From the human T2T-CHM13v2.0 reference genome, Homo sapiens, in NCBI RefSeq assembly GCF_009914755.1, contig NC_060928.1: a DNA stretch of 64,000 bases; one strand, written 5' to 3'. Under the pieces are notes generated by a model, which saw only the letters and a program-made list of their open reading frames with translations, had not been told where the DNA came from and searched no databases. This document shows, in pieces, positions 31,345-50,869 of this stretch. The translations under genes and the position numbers were made by a program. Position 1 is the first letter of the stretch, and every line of letters begins with the position of its first letter.

Positions 31345-32050
31345 ATTGTGCTAGAGTAACTGGATATTCACATACAAAAGAATAAATGAAGTCCCCTACC
31401 TCAAATCATAAACAAAAATTAATTCAAAATGGAGTCTAGATCTAAATATCAAAACTAAAATACAAAACTCCTAGAGAAAAACATAGGAATAAATCTTCAT
31501 GCCATTGGGCTAGGGAATGGTTTCTTAGATATGACGTCAAAAGCACAAGCAAAAAAATTAAAAGGATAAATTGGACTATCAAAATTAAAAACTTTTGTGC
31601 ATCAAAGGACACCATCAAGAAAAGAGACAATCCATAAAATGAGAGAAAATTTTTACAAATCATATATTTGAGAAAAAACTTTTATCAAGAAAAGGGCTTG
31701 CATAACTCAACAATAACAACAAAAAAAACCAAATAGTATGACTTAGAAGTAGGCAAAAGGGGCCAGGCGCAGTGGCTCACACCTGTAATCCCAGCACTTT
31801 GGAAGGCTAAGGCAGGCAGATCACTTGAGGTCAGGAGTTCAAGATCAGCCTGGCCAACATGGTGAAACCCCATCTCTACTAAAACTAAAAAAAATTGCCA
31901 GGCATGGTGGCAGGTGCCTGCAATCCCAGCTACTCGTTGGTCTGAGGCAGGAGAATCGCTTGAACCTGGGAGGCGGAGGTTGTGGTGAGCCTGAAATCAC
32001 GCCACTGCACTCCAGCCTGGGCAAAAGAGCGAGACTCCGTCTCAAAAACA

Positions 32051-32093
<43 letters not shown>

Positions 32094-32265
32094 GGCAAAA
32101 GGCACATACTTCATAATACCCATTTATATAAAATGTCCAGAATAGGCCAATCCACACAGACAGAAAGATTAAGGGTTACCAGAGTCTAGGTGGAGAGGAA
32201 TGGGAACTCACTGCTAATGGGTACGAGGTTCTTTTTGGAGTTATAAAAAATGTTCTGTAAGTTTC
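31345..32265 (+). mobile_element. L1M fragments (ORF2 3' part and 3'UTR) split by an Alu
   Basis: ctagagaaaaacataggaataaatcttcat...aaaacttttgtgcatcaaaggacac. Confidence 0.8.
31761..32092 (+). mobile_element. AluS with (GACA)n microsatellite tail
   Basis: TSD aggcaaaagg; about nine GACA units at 32057-32093. Confidence 0.93.
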
Positions 32266-32468
32266 AGAGACTGGGAAGGAAAGTAATTTTTAGAGTATGG
32301 GAAGCAAGCAGGAGATCTAATACAGGATGCAGATGAATAGGATAAAAAGGAAGAGACAAGACAGATAATCTGATGCACACTAAATCAGGTTCAAAAATTT
32401 TTGGCCCAAAACAATGAAGGTTCCATGTCTTTATCCATTCAGAAGTTATCAGTGACAGAATAACATAC

Positions 32469-32552
32469 CTGAGATTTAATGTCTCGATGAAGAATTTTTC
32501 TATCATGTACATGTTTCAGGGCCAAACATATCTGTACAAACCAGTCCAAAAT
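32469..32552 (-). CDS. NEK1: NEK1 coding exon c.313-396 ([31 protein letters not shown] motif)
   Basis: 84 nt; acceptor ttcttcctag, donor CAG|gtatgt. Confidence 0.97.
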
Positions 32553-32900
32553 CTAGGAAGAAAAATCAGATCTGTCAAGCCTCTCTTTGACCATTAAAAG
32601 AATTCAAGAATATTTAGGGATGAGAGGAACTAAATCCTTAAAAAGATATTTTAGGCTACAATTTCTTTTAACTTTGTAGGCACTGACATTAAATAGATAT
32701 TCAAGTCAACACAAGCTCTGCACATACTAAATCCAAAATGTAAGAGATGTTACTGGGTCATCTCTTATAAATCAAAACAAACATGGAAAGTAACTTTATG
32801 AGTGAAAATGCAAATAATTTATATTTTATAATATTAAGACAAACAGGTGATTCTTCTTTGTTTTTAATACATCTTTTTTCTATAACGCCCCCCCCCCCCT

Positions 32901-33214
32901 TCTTTAGGGATAGGGTCTTGCTCTATCACCCAGGCTGGAGTGCAGTCGTGTTATCATAGTTCACTTCAGCCTCAAACTCCTGGGTTTAAATGATCCTCCA
33001 GCCTCAGCCTCCGAGGGACTAGGACTATAGGTGCATGCCACCACGAGCAGCTAGTTTTTTATTTTTGTTTTTTTTACAGAGACAGTGTCCCACTATGTTG
33101 CCCAGGCTAGTGGTCTTGAACTCCTGGTCTCAGGAGTTCCTGAGATTCAAGTGTTCCTCCTGCCTTGGCCTCCCAAAGTACTGGGATTACAGGTACAAGC
33201 CACTGCATCTGACC
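32901..33214 (-). mobile_element. AluJ preceded by a poly-C run
   Basis: Antisense diverged dimer. Confidence 0.88.
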
Positions 33215-33329
33215 TCTATAATGCTTTTTAAAAATATAAAAATCACAAAAGGAAAAAAATCAAGCTGGAAATTTGGAAGACATCTCTGACTTTTTTTCTC
33301 TTCCCACATTTATTATATATAAACACTCT

Positions 33330-34430
33330 TCTCTGGAGACGGCCACTTGGAAATAAAAAGGCTTAATTTCTATCTCATTGTTAACATCAAAACAATTCCA
33401 AGTACATGGCATTTTTAAACTAAAAAAAAATAATAAAAGAAAACATAGGTTAATTATCTGTAATAATTGACTAAAGCAGGACTTTCAAAACATGACATAA
33501 AATGCTTAAGTCATACGAAAAAGACTGATAAAGTTGACTACATACAATTTAAAACAACTGTAGAGCAAAATACATATAATCAAGTTTAATAATAATTTGA
33601 GAAAATACCTGCAACATAAATGATAGATTGCTAGTTCTCTAAGATGCAAAAGTTATTCAAATCACTGAGAAAAGTACTGGCAGACAAAATAAGAAGTGGA
33701 CAAAAGACTGGAGATGCAAATGACGGGGCGAAAAAATGCCCGAAAAACGCATATACAAAGTACTAAACTCCCTCACAAATTAAAAAAAAAAAATTAAGAT
33801 ACTATATTATCTTGCTTAAAATGAAATAATACATACTGTATGTCAGAATGTTGGGAAAAGAAGCCTTTTTCTCACAGGTGTTTGTGAAAAGGTTAATTAT
33901 AATCATTTGTCAAAATATGTGAAAATTTTAAATTCACATACCATTTGAAACAGCAATTTCAATTTCAAATTTATCCTACAAATAATATCAGAAATATAAA
34001 ACCATGTATATAAGATATTTACTACAGCACTGTTAGCCAGAACCCAAAAATATAAACAACCTGAATGTTCATCAAGGGGCCTGATTAAATATATTGTATT
34101 ATCCCTATACTAGAAATACTATGCAGTCACTGACAAGAATGAAGCACTTCTATGTATACTGTTTATGTACTATTAAGTGAAAAAAGGAAGTTCCAAAACA
34201 GTATGCATAGTATACCCCTATTTAAAAAAATATGCTTATATTCCATACCTGAATCTATGTAATTGTGTGTGTGCACTGAGGAAGGAAAGAAGGAATAAAG
34301 GAAGGAAGCATAGAAGGATAGCTACCAATCAGTTAACAGTGTTTACCTCAGGGAAGTGGATTGGCAGAAGAGGGAATGAAAGGTAACATGTTTACCTTTT
34401 ACTCTATCTCTTCAGTATTTTTTTAAAAAA
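33330..34430 (+). mobile_element. Degraded L1ME-type fragments
   Basis: A-rich L1 ORF2/3'UTR-like motifs (cacataccatttgaaacagcaattt, aaacaacctgaatgttcatcaa). Confidence 0.6.
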
Positions 34431-34922
34431 CAATTTTCTTTAAAAAAAAAAAAAACTCTCAGTTCAGTTCTATAGATATTTATTTAATGAGGATTACATA
34501 GATTGTTAAGTTCCTTTCTATACTCACGTAAGGCATTTTAAGTATAAAGATCAAAAACAGTTCTCTAAGGAGTCCGTACAGTGATAAGGAATATACTCAC
34601 AAATACCTATAATAATTGCATAAGCTTTTTAACAGAGATATATACAATAAGACAGCAATTAATTCAACAAGGGAGAGGTCAGGAAAAAGAAAGTGAAAAT
34701 TATGTTAAGTTGAGTATTACTGATAAAATGGAGTTTACCAGTAGAAATGGAACACATCTTAGAAACCACTCATGTCTCATTTCACAGACAGTGTTCTTCT
34801 ATTACCATATTTCCCATACTTGTACTTCTTAATTTGACAAAAATTTATTCAGTACCAACAATGTACCAGATATGTGCAGGAACTAGCAAAAAAAAAAAAA
34901 ATTAATGAAAGAGCTCAGAGAT

Positions 34923-35130
34923 CAGGGGTCAGCAAATTTATTCTATAAATGGCCAGACAGTAAATATTTTAGGTTTTGCAGGCCAGATGGTTTCTGTCTC
35001 AACTCAAGTCTTCCATTATAGCATAAAAGCAACCACAGATTATAAGCAAACAATTAAGTTTAGCTGTGTTCTAATAAAACTAACAGAGATAGGGGGCCAA
35101 ATTTGGTTCATGGGCCATTGTTTATTGATC
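34923..35130. mobile_element. MER58A-like hAT transposon
   Basis: caggggtcagcaaatt...ggccagacagtaaatattttagg. Confidence 0.82.
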
Positions 35131-35448
35131 CATATCAAAGACTACTGGGGGAGATGGGTAAGTAAACCAGTAATTAAAGGGAGTAATGCCCTGAGTTGAA
35201 AAAGCATACAGAAGGAGCGGCAACGCAGTCTGGAGGTGATAAAATAAAGCTGGAGAGAAGAGGTGATTTCTGAGCTCAGTTTTGATGGAATATGTAAGCA
35301 AAGCAGAGAAGAAAGGCACAGCTTATAAAATATAAATGTTACATTTTCATTCCCTTTGTCTACCCTAGTTCAGACTCTTGCTACATTAGGGTTTGACCAC
35401 ATGGGGTTGGACTTGGAGGAGAGGGAAGCCCTTTAAAATTGTAACCCT

Positions 35449-35762
<314 letters not shown>

Positions 35763-35999
35763 CTAATCTGTGCATTTTATTTCATCACACATTAGTTCCA
35801 TATTAATATTTACAAAATACTGTTTCGAAAATGGGATTCTCTTGCTCAGAAGACTTTTAAATTCAAATGTTATGTTGTATTATATCAAGAACCATACAGT
35901 AATTATCATATAGTTGTCTGAATTACAGTTGTATGTTATTTTGCATTAGTACAGACGGCCTTATAGCACCAAACAGTACCACAATTCATCTTCTCTGCT

Positions 36000-38600
<2,601 letters not shown>

Positions 38601-39068
38601 AAAAAATGCTATTAACTTAAAAGAATGGCTTGCCAAATTTTTATCATTTATGATAAATAACTTCACTGATGGATGAACTATACAAATCTCCATAATAATT
38701 TCCAGGAAGACAAGATACACACACACATACACACACACACCACATTATGTACTAAGAGTACTTATCAAAGAGTAGAATCAAATCTATAAAATATCAATGT
38801 GCTTTATAAGGGAATATCATTTAATAGCAAACATTTTAAAGTTCGATAGGGATAAATGAATGAAAATAAGCACAAACAATGAAATATATCTGACAATGTT
38901 CTAATAAAAATAGCATTGTATATACTAACATACATTACTATTTGACCTTCACCACATGTATAGTAGGTATCTCCCTATTAACAAATGAGAAAATAATCTC
39001 AGAACTTGTTAACAGAACAATTACCAACTTGATAAGTAGAGCAAGAACTCAAACCCATGTCTGTGCCT

Positions 39069-39390
39069 GGCCAGAAATGGCACAGTGGCTCGTGCCTATA
39101 ATCCCAGCACTTTGAGACGCCAAGGTAGGAAGATTGCTTGAAGCCAGGAGTTTGAGAACAGCCTGGGCAATATAGCAAGACCTCATCTCTACAAAAAAAA
39201 AATAATAATAAAATAAATTTTTAAAAAATTAGCTGGGCCTAGTGGCACGTTTCTGTAGCAGCAGCTACTCCAGAGAGTGAGGTGGGAAAATTGCTTGTGT
39301 TCAGGAGTGCAAGGCAGCCATGAGCTGTGATGGTGCCACTGCACTCCAGCTGGGGTGACAGAGTGAGAGCCTATCTTAAAAATAATAATA
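39069..39390 (+). mobile_element. AluJ
   Basis: Diverged dimer. Confidence 0.9.
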
Positions 39391-39394
39391 TCCC

Positions 39395-39762
<368 letters not shown>

Positions 39763-40820
39763 TTAAGTACGGAAAAGAAAGTCTGGAAGAATACACCAAA
39801 CTAAAAGCAGTGGTAATCTCAGGAACAAAAGGGTGGAGAAAGAAGACTTTCCATTTCTGTATACTTCAATACTTTTATAATTCAAGTGTGTGAAAAGAAA
39901 ATGTTATAAACTTTAGAGTTAGAGGTGGGTTCAAACACTGACTATGTGATTTGGGGCAAGTACTTAACCTCTCTTGGATTCCTTATAAATTGAAAAAACT
40001 TATCCAAATTAGAAGAGATAACAAATACAACACTCCTAGCACAGTGCTCCCTCTACTCCCCTATGTAAAAGCGGGCAATTAAAATTAAGAACTGGTGATA
40101 ATGAGAAATGTGATAGGAATGTAGAGAAGGAAAATATCACAGATTAAAGTAGTTATGGAAAATTTAAAGAAGCTGGGACTTGAACTGAGCTTAAAAAAAA
40201 AAGGTAGAGTATTAATAACAAAGTTTGGGGAAAAGGCTTACCAAAATAAATGAAATAATCAGAGTAAATACACAGGAAGGAGAATGAGATGTACAAACAT
40301 GTGGCCCGGTGCCTAACACAAAGCACATGCTCAATAAATATCTGTTAAAGCAAATGAAAAGAGGTACAGATTAGGGAATAGAAAAAAATAAGGCTGCTTA
40401 GGTAGGGAACGGCCATATTTTAGAGATCCTGGAAATCAAAAGAGAGATTAGATTTAATGCAGTTGTCGGTGCAAGGCTTCTAGAGCTGGAGTTACCTGGC
40501 AAAGCCACATTTTAGGAATATATAGTCTGGCAGCAGTAAGCCAGATTGACAGAATATAGACTAGTCAGTTATAATGAATAATTAAGGCATATACATAGAC
40601 GCATGATATATATAACATACATCACAGAGATAACAATATATCATTACAGACTATAAATGAGATGGGCAACTGAACAAAGGTGGCAGCTAATTAGAGGTAA
40701 ATATGAGTAAACTATTGATATACTAAACTTCCCTAGTAATTTTGATTAGCATTTGTAGTTAAAAACAAATACACACATAAACAAATTTTGAACTACTTCT
40801 CAATAATAGAGTAAGAGTCA

Positions 40821-40955
<135 letters not shown>

Positions 40956-41616
40956 TTACAGTCCACTTTTAAAAACGTACATCAAAAGCATGGCTAAATT
41001 AAAAGTACTTAAAAGCTTACTAAAAAGCAGCTGCTGAACAAAAAACAGGACCATACTCAAAAGAATTAGGGCACAAAGTCAAGGTATACCGGTCACAAAG
41101 ATTGTATAATGACTTAGGTTAACAGAAAACTCCATCATTAATGATTTCTATTAAAAATACACTATTTTATTGAATAGTGCTGTTTGCATTGACCTAAACA
41201 TCTCTGAAATATAAACAAAATGCAGACATACTTGATTTCATTCAATAAATACAATTCCTTAAATGTCACACATAAAATCATGTTTTTCCACCAATATATC
41301 ACATCAGAGATGGGTTATCTTAGTTTTCTGACTGGCCATTAATTCTCTGCTTTGTTTTATCCACTTTAATCACTTACTTATTAAATAAATAAAATAATAA
41401 GTGTTGTGATAAACTCTGAGGATTCAACAGTGTATAGGATACACTGTTTCCACCCTCTTTGAGCTTTCCTTAATTTTATGCACTTTTTAAAAAATTGCAT
41501 ATGATTTGTGAACAAACATGAAGATGGGCACTGCCCCATCCACCTTTATGTCTCGGTCCACAAAGAAAGGTACTTCTGTGCTTCTTCCTATGGATAGAAA
41601 GGACTACAAGAATACT

Positions 41617-41767
41617 TCTTTTTTTTATTTAGGCTTTTTTTTTTCTTTTAAGAAAAAGTGTCTCAATATTTTGCTCATGCTGACCTTGAGCTCCTGGGCT
41701 CAAGGGAACCTCTTGCCTCAGCCTCCCCAATAGCTAGGACTACAAGCCCATGCTACTGTGTCCAGCT
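41617..41767 (-). mobile_element. Alu monomer (FLAM-like)
   Basis: Antisense diverged monomer. Confidence 0.75.
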
Positions 41768-41947
41768 TAGAAGAACACTTTGATGATTCTTTCCATCCCT
41801 TACTTCTTAAGTAAGGAAGAGTGGCCAATATCACTTTTAACATTTTCTGAATCACTACATAGTACTGAGACTATCACAACTCAAAGAACAGTTTTCCTAG
41901 TTCTCACTTCTTTCACTGACTGTGCTATGGCCTTATTTCCAGCAGTA

Positions 41948-42239
41948 TTTTTTTTTTCTTTTGAGACAGGGTCCAGGTTAGAGTGCAATGGCACGATGAT
42001 GGCTCACTGTAGCCTCGACCTCCCGAGCTCAAGCAAACCTCCCACCTTAGCTTCCAGAGTAGGTGGAACCGCAGGCACACACCACCACACCTGGCTAATT
42101 TTTTAAATTTTTGTAGAGATGGGGTCTACAAACACCCTATGTTTCCCAGGCTGATCTCAAATTCCTGGGCTCAAGAGATCCTCCCACCTCAGCCTCCCGA
42201 AGTTGCTGAAATTACAATTGTGAGCCACCGCATCCAGCC
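41948..42239 (-). mobile_element. AluJ
   Basis: Antisense dimer; TSD ccag(c/g)agtattt. Confidence 0.9.
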
Positions 42240-43467
42240 TCCAGGAGTATTTATTTCTTATACTTTGTGGTGACATTCTTGTCACTCGTGGTGCACATAT
42301 CTTCTTTTGATCTACTGTTTGTAATGTGCCACTGGGATAAGAATCTATATGATAAAGCTAATTAAGAATCTGTATGACTTTTTATGATTGACCTGGAAAG
42401 ATCATCCAAATATACATGTGAGAAATTATAATGTGAAAAAAACTCCTGAAAACTATAATTCACTATTTATATGTACATAGATGTTATAATGTATGTAGCA
42501 TAACAAAAAGCAAAAAATTACATATACTATGCTATCATTTATGTTTGATGCTAGCATGTATTCTTCTAAAACTAAGAGAAATAATAAAGCCTTATTTTTA
42601 AAATACGCTACCCCTTTTGAATCACACAGATGTTTCTATGTGAAGCAGTCAATATAAATCCAAAACATCTGCTGGAATATTTGCTCAAAATCTTTTAACT
42701 TGAAATATTAAAATTTTGTTAACAACAACAAAAAAAGAAACTAAAGGATAGATGCCAGGAGAAAGATAAAGGAAAATTCAAGGTCCTGAAAAGGAAGAGT
42801 TGGTTAATTTTGTACTCTTTCACATGAAATATAAATCTTCATTTCACTGCCAGCATAAAAAATACAGTACCTTGTGACATAATGTATTAATTGAATCACA
42901 TTTTTATAAAAGTAGAAGAGACTTATAGTAGACACAGAGTTCATCTGGGAATGTAGTAACTTTAGCTCTAATTCAGACTCTGAAACTGGTATGTGATATG
43001 TCCCTGAGTCATTTCAATTATCCTCTACTTTCAATCTAGATTACCTGGTTTTTAGTTTACAGAAATTAAGTTACAGAAATTTATAATAATGAGAATATTT
43101 GGGTAGGACTTCAATAAACCACTTTGACCTGCCTTTAGAGAAGCTTTGCCTTATCTTAATACCTGCATTATTAAATATAATGCATATAGTTCCAAAACAG
43201 CATTATAGCTATAATACTTTAAGAACCTGAGAAAACTTTCAACATACCTCACTATTATAATAGTGAGGTACAGAGGAGCATACTGAGTGAGGATACTTTC
43301 TAAAGATCAGAACATTTTCTCAGTGGTAGTGGTGGCAGCACTTACAGGAAGTTCAGTTAAAAAATATGTAAATTACTGTTCTTGCTCTGTCCAAATTCTT
43401 GCACTTACTGCATTGCTTCTTTTAAAGCAATCACTAATAACAGCCAGTATTAAATTATACAGGCACA

Positions 43468-43948
<481 letters not shown>

Positions 43949-44225
43949 TCAATCAACAAAATATAGCAAGAAGTTAAAAAGAATGAGTTGAATCTGTAAG
44001 TAGAAACATTTTAAGATGTCCAAACTAGATTAGGTTACAGAACAGCAAGTATATTTTTCTAAACACATAAACATAAGCACATATCATAGAAAAAATCTGA
44101 AAGAATATATAGGCTATTCTGATATTAGCGGGAATAAAGGAGTCTTTTGCTTTAGGTTATCGATTACTTTTTTTTTTTTTTAAAGAAAATCTCTAACAAT
44201 GAGCTCTATTGTAACTAAACCATTA

Positions 44226-44393
<168 letters not shown>

Positions 44394-45109
44394 TTACAGA
44401 TATGCTAGACATTTAAAAAACTAACAAAAAAGATAAAGCATTTATAACATGAGATAAAACATTATAACTTCATAACAATTTTAATGTTTAATTCAAATTC
44501 TAATTCTTTAGTGATTTGCTAACATTTTAAAAAAGGATATTTAATATATTCACTAAAAGTTACACTTTATATACTTTACTAGTACAACCTAATTACATCC
44601 AAAAAAGAGAAAAAAATGTGATATTTCAATTTTATAAGAATGCTTTGGAAAGCCAAATACTGCATATACTTAATGTATGGAGAGAAAGGCAAACTTACAT
44701 GAATTAATTAGTAGCATTACTTTATTTTCTCCAAAAAGAATGAAAACCTAATAATACACTATTTCTTGAAGTTATTTAACTAATCCCCTCTTATTCAACA
44801 TTCGTTTAAAATGTTTGCTAGTATAGAACAATTTTGGATAGTTTTTGTACACATATTTTAATGTGCTTATTGTAAGGATTTCCTTAGGATAAACTCTGAA
44901 TTCAAAGAATATGCCCATGTTACAGTATGGCTTTCAAACACATTAAGTGTCTTAACAGAACTGTCTACTAATACGTATTTAGCCAGTAGTGCCTGCTACT
45001 AGGTACCCTCATTAACACTCGTTATTATTATTTCTTGTATTTAGGGAGATGTTTACTGTAATGTCATTTATAACAACAAAACACTGGTTGTTATTTATTA
45101 AAATCTTTG

Positions 45110-45350
45110 AGAAGCAATAAAGGGTAGTAGTTAAAGAACACTAAAAAGTTTAAATCTTAGCTTTATCACTTATTTGTTATGTAAACTTAGGCAAGTTACT
45201 TATCTCTATGTGCTCAGTTTGGTCACATGTAAAATGTGAATAACCATAGTACATATTTACAGAAGTGTTGGAAGAATTAGTTAATGTAAGAATGTACTGA
45301 AAACAGTACTTGGCACATATGAACACTGTGTCACTATTTGTTATTGTTGT
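45110..45350. mobile_element. MIR
   Basis: ttaggcaagttacttatctctatgtgctcagttt core. Confidence 0.8.
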
Positions 45351-45448
45351 TACTCCATACGTCTAATGGGGAAAATGGTGTTTCGTTTTTATTTTGATTT
45401 CTTTTGCTTACCAGTGAATTTCAAAAATTCTTCCACATTTATTGAACA

Positions 45449-45745
<297 letters not shown>

Positions 45746-48700
45746 ACATTTATTGAACATTTCTATTTTTTCTCTTTTGAACTATTCATCCATGTTCTTT
45801 AATCATTTTATACTGAGTTGGTCTTTAATTTGTAAAAACTCCTTATGTAATGAAGTCCTTATCTGTCATAAATTATTTTCCCTTATATCCTAGTTGCCTT
45901 TAAGTATAAAAGATTATTTTGATATAAACAAATGTATTAATCTTTTCTTTATATTTCTACTTTTAGTATCACACTTAAACCCTTACCATACCAAAACAAT
46001 TGATTAAGGTCATTAGTATCTTTAGGAATAGTAATTTCAAAAGAGTGGTAGTTTCAGGAGAAGCCAGAATACAATAAGCTAGCTAGTGAAAGCTGAAAAA
46101 AGTGTGAGAAAGAGTCATAAGAGCAATAATGTGTACCACCTATTGGCAATATCACCCTTATTGTAGACATACATGAATTTACTATGCTAATCTGAAACTA
46201 ATAAACATTTAATTCACCTAGCTTGCTCTTTTTTATTTCCATTCATAGCAGGCTTCCAATGTGTGATTCCTTTCTAGGAGAAAATAAGTTTGTCGTGAAA
46301 CTCTTTTTAAATTTCTGTGGCAGTTTACCATATTTCTCATTGTAAATTAAAAAATCCATGTTCTTATCTCATCCATCAGTGCCAAATTTGTTTTTAACTT
46401 TATTTTGCCTCTAAAAATGATCCAATCTCCTTAAATGACAAACATCATATGCTGTGCCTGCAAGACCAGACCACAGGCCAGAACTCAGCCTGTGGTAGCA
46501 CTGATGAGATAAGTATGACTCATGAAATTTTGTGAGAAAGAGCCTTTCTCTACCTTAGAAAACAAGATTGCCTTTAGCAACTTTAAGAGAAACAAGAAAT
46601 AAACCATTATTATAGCATTTTAGCATCAGTGAGTTAAAGAAGAAAAGTTGTTCCAAATATATTTTCAAGCCCAAGTTGTGTTAACTGGCACAATATAATG
46701 GCTATCTGGGCACCAGCCACAATTTAATGATTTTTCCAGAACATGAATGTTTAATATATTACATTACTATGCTACTTACAAAAAAAAATCAAGATAAACT
46801 CATCTTAGTAATCTAAATTTCAAAAATTAAATTAAATAATAGCCATATAATGAGATTACTTCACAATCATCATTATTCTGCGACTTTCTGCCAAGAGAGG
46901 GAAACAAAATTAGTCAATTTGGCCATTCCTTAAAATTAAGTTGCCAATTCCTTTCTAGGGACCACACTAATAAGACAGAAGCTCCAAAAGTCCCCAGTGT
47001 TGCATTCTACTGCCAACAACATTACTGAACATTGTGGTTCTAACTCTATAAAGCAGACCTACTGATCCTGTTAGTAAAGAAAGATGACTCTAATTGCCAT
47101 CAAATATGTCAAATGCAGACACTTTTCTGAACAACAAAAGACTTGTGGTAGATGACTTTCAGGAAAACAGACAAACTCTCCTTTTTTGTAATGTCAGTGT
47201 ACAATAAAGGAAGTAAAAGGGAAAACATGAAAAAATAGATTACTTTCAGCATCTTACAATATATTTAACTGAGCTACTTCCTAGTTGTGAGACTTCTCAA
47301 CTGAATTATAATTCCATAAAATTTTTCATACCAAATGAAATAGAAAACAATAACAAATTGTACTATAGGCTTCCACATACAAAATCATAACTTATAACTG
47401 AAGGAACATACGAATCCTGTTTACTTCAGTATTGTAATAAACTCAAATTAATGTTTGCCTTTTCTACCATTCAGTTTCCAACATCAAATGAAAATCACAA
47501 TACCAACTTTACTCACTCTATAGTGTTCTTAAGGTCTCTAATAATTATATCAATTCAATCTCTATAATACATAGCTGATCCTGAAGATAAGCAACAAGGA
47601 AAAAATCAGAGACTTTTTTGATATTTGAGCTTTCCAAAGAGTTATGTCACCTAATAAAGCAATGAATTCAGAATCAAGAGACAAGACTAGCTACATAATC
47701 AAACGCTAACCATCTGCCTTTTGTGGACTTCAGTTTCTTTATCTAGAAACACGAAAGATTTAAACCTAATGCCATTTTATAGACCTTGCCAACTCGACTA
47801 GTCTATGACTCAAGGAGAAGAAAATTAAAAAGTCAGAAAATATATAATGTCAACACTGTTTAGAATTGTACTCTTAGCCACAAAGAGTAAGAGTGATGGG
47901 GAAAGCCATTCCATCAAAAAATTAAAAGAAGTCATACTAATTTCTTTAGCCTAATTATTTAAAAAGTAAAAATAAATAAACTGTAATCTACAGTTAAGCA
48001 TACTAGATTGACCCGTACATATTTACCTCTACTACTTGTCCAAACCTGAGGAACATGACTTTAAAGGGATTACCAAAAAGGCAAAACAGAAGAGAAGGCA
48101 ACAGCAATACAGTTCTAGAAGCTGGCAAACACAAAAGAACATGCAGCAACTGACTTAGGAGAATAGAGAAAAGCTGTACCTTAAGCCAGCAGTGGGAAAT
48201 AAGTCAGAAACAAGTCAATTCCCACCACAAACTAGCTCAATAATTGGAAGTACTGGGGCATCTAAGAGTGAGGATAATATTAGGACTCAAACAGGATTGG
48301 TGAAGAGCTTGTGTAAGAAGTGTCAGACACTTAGTTTGCCTCCTCCACCTCTCCCAGTCAGATAAGTACTCCTCTCCCATCTTGAAAGAAGACCACAGAT
48401 ATCTCTAGATTGGGTACACCAGGCACAACTAAGAATGGAAATCCCATCTATGATCTAGGAGATTAAGTGAAAGTCTACATAATAAATCGTGAGACTCTCT
48501 TTCAACCATGATGGTGTTCTTAGTATCAGATCACCTCACCTTCCAAAACAACTTAAAACCTGAACAAAATATATAAAGAAACAGCAATGCATTGAGGGGC
48601 TATAATCACCGAAAGGTGGAAACATACTAGTGGGTTCTACATTCATCCCAGCCTTTTCCCTGAAGAGAGTTTCCAAACTGTGCTACAGTACAATGGAGCT

Positions 48701-49196
48701 CAAGTATAAAGCAGCAGTCTTGCTGAGGAGAGAAAGCGGTCAGAGTTCAGGGCTACCAAAATCCTGAAGAGGAAAAATAATAGAAGGAGTCCAAAAATCT
48801 ACAGTAAGTTCTGCTCCTGTTATTCTGTTCCTAAACTGTGCATACATGGAGGAGGACTGAAACAGTCTCATCCTAACAAAGCCTAAAAGCAACCATGGAT
48901 AAAATCAAAGTTATTCACTGATACTTCATCAGACTGCCAAAACAAAACTAACAATTTTTACAAGATACATGTTTCAGAGTCTCTAAGACTTTTCATTCAC
49001 AATGTCTAGTATCCCATCAAAAAATAATGATGCACATTAAACAAAAACAGATATAGACTCACAAATGACTCAAACATGAAGTTACTAATAGAGGACTTGA
49101 AAGTAACCATGATTAATTAATATGTCTAAGAAAACAAGATAAAAAGATGGATAAAACAGATTTTTTAAAAGATGGAGAATTTCAACAAAGAATTAA

Positions 49197-49507
<311 letters not shown>

Positions 49508-49846
49508 TCAAAATTTATTTCTAAAAAGTGGACATTCTAAAACTACAATATAAAATATCTGAAATTAAGAACTCATTCATGGATTTATGGCAGACAGGAC
49601 ACAGCAGAAGGCAGGATTACTAGCCTATAAAATGAACCAATAGAAAATATTCAACAAAAAAACTGAGAGAAAAATATTAAAAAACAACAACACACACCGG
49701 GATGGGGGTGGGGGTGGAGAAAGAAATGTATAGGAAGACTTAATATCATAAAGATTTTCATTCCTAATCTCTACAGTTAATGCTGTCCTAATAAAAACAT
49801 AAGCTTTGGGGCTGGGGGTGATTAGACAGGCTGATTTTAAAGTTCA

Positions 49847-49854
49847 GACACACA

Positions 49855-49886
<32 letters not shown>
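49847..49886. repeat. (CA)n microsatellite
   Basis: ~19 CA units with one interruption. Confidence 0.95.
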
Positions 49887-49888
<2 letters not shown>

Positions 49889-50523
49889 GAAGAAGAAGAA
49901 CAGCCAGAGAAATATTGAAAAAGAAGAGCAATGAAGGAAAATTTGTTTGGCTTAATATCAAAACACATTACAAAGCTACAATAATTATGAAATAGGCAAA
50001 TCACAGGAAGTCCAGAAATCAAAAAACTTTTAAAACTTGGTTAATAATCATAGTGACATTTCAAATCAGTAGCAAAAAAGATGAATTTTGAAATAAAAAG
50101 TTCAAAGCCAGCAGTGAGACAACTGGGTAGCCATGTGGGGAAAAAAAGTTAATTTATTCCCTCATTTTACACCAACCTAAATTCTAGATGCTAAAATACT
50201 GAAATGTAAGAAATAAAAGCATAATAGTAATAAAATAAAACATGGGAGAATGACTTCTGTCTTAGAGTGGTTAGCTGAAGCACAACACAAAATCAAAAAA
50301 CCTTGAGGGATTAATATGACTAGACCAATATTTTAGCTATTACAACGATCTCATTTTTCTAACAAATAAAAAACTCGTACATATTTATAAGACCAAAAAA
50401 CACAACAATCCAAAAGAAAAGTGGACAAAGGATATGAAGTTAAACGTTAACACTGAGAATGAATACAAATTATGTTAAAATGTGCCACGATACCCAATCT
50501 CCTGTAAAACGATATACAATTTT

Positions 50524-50869
<346 letters not shown>
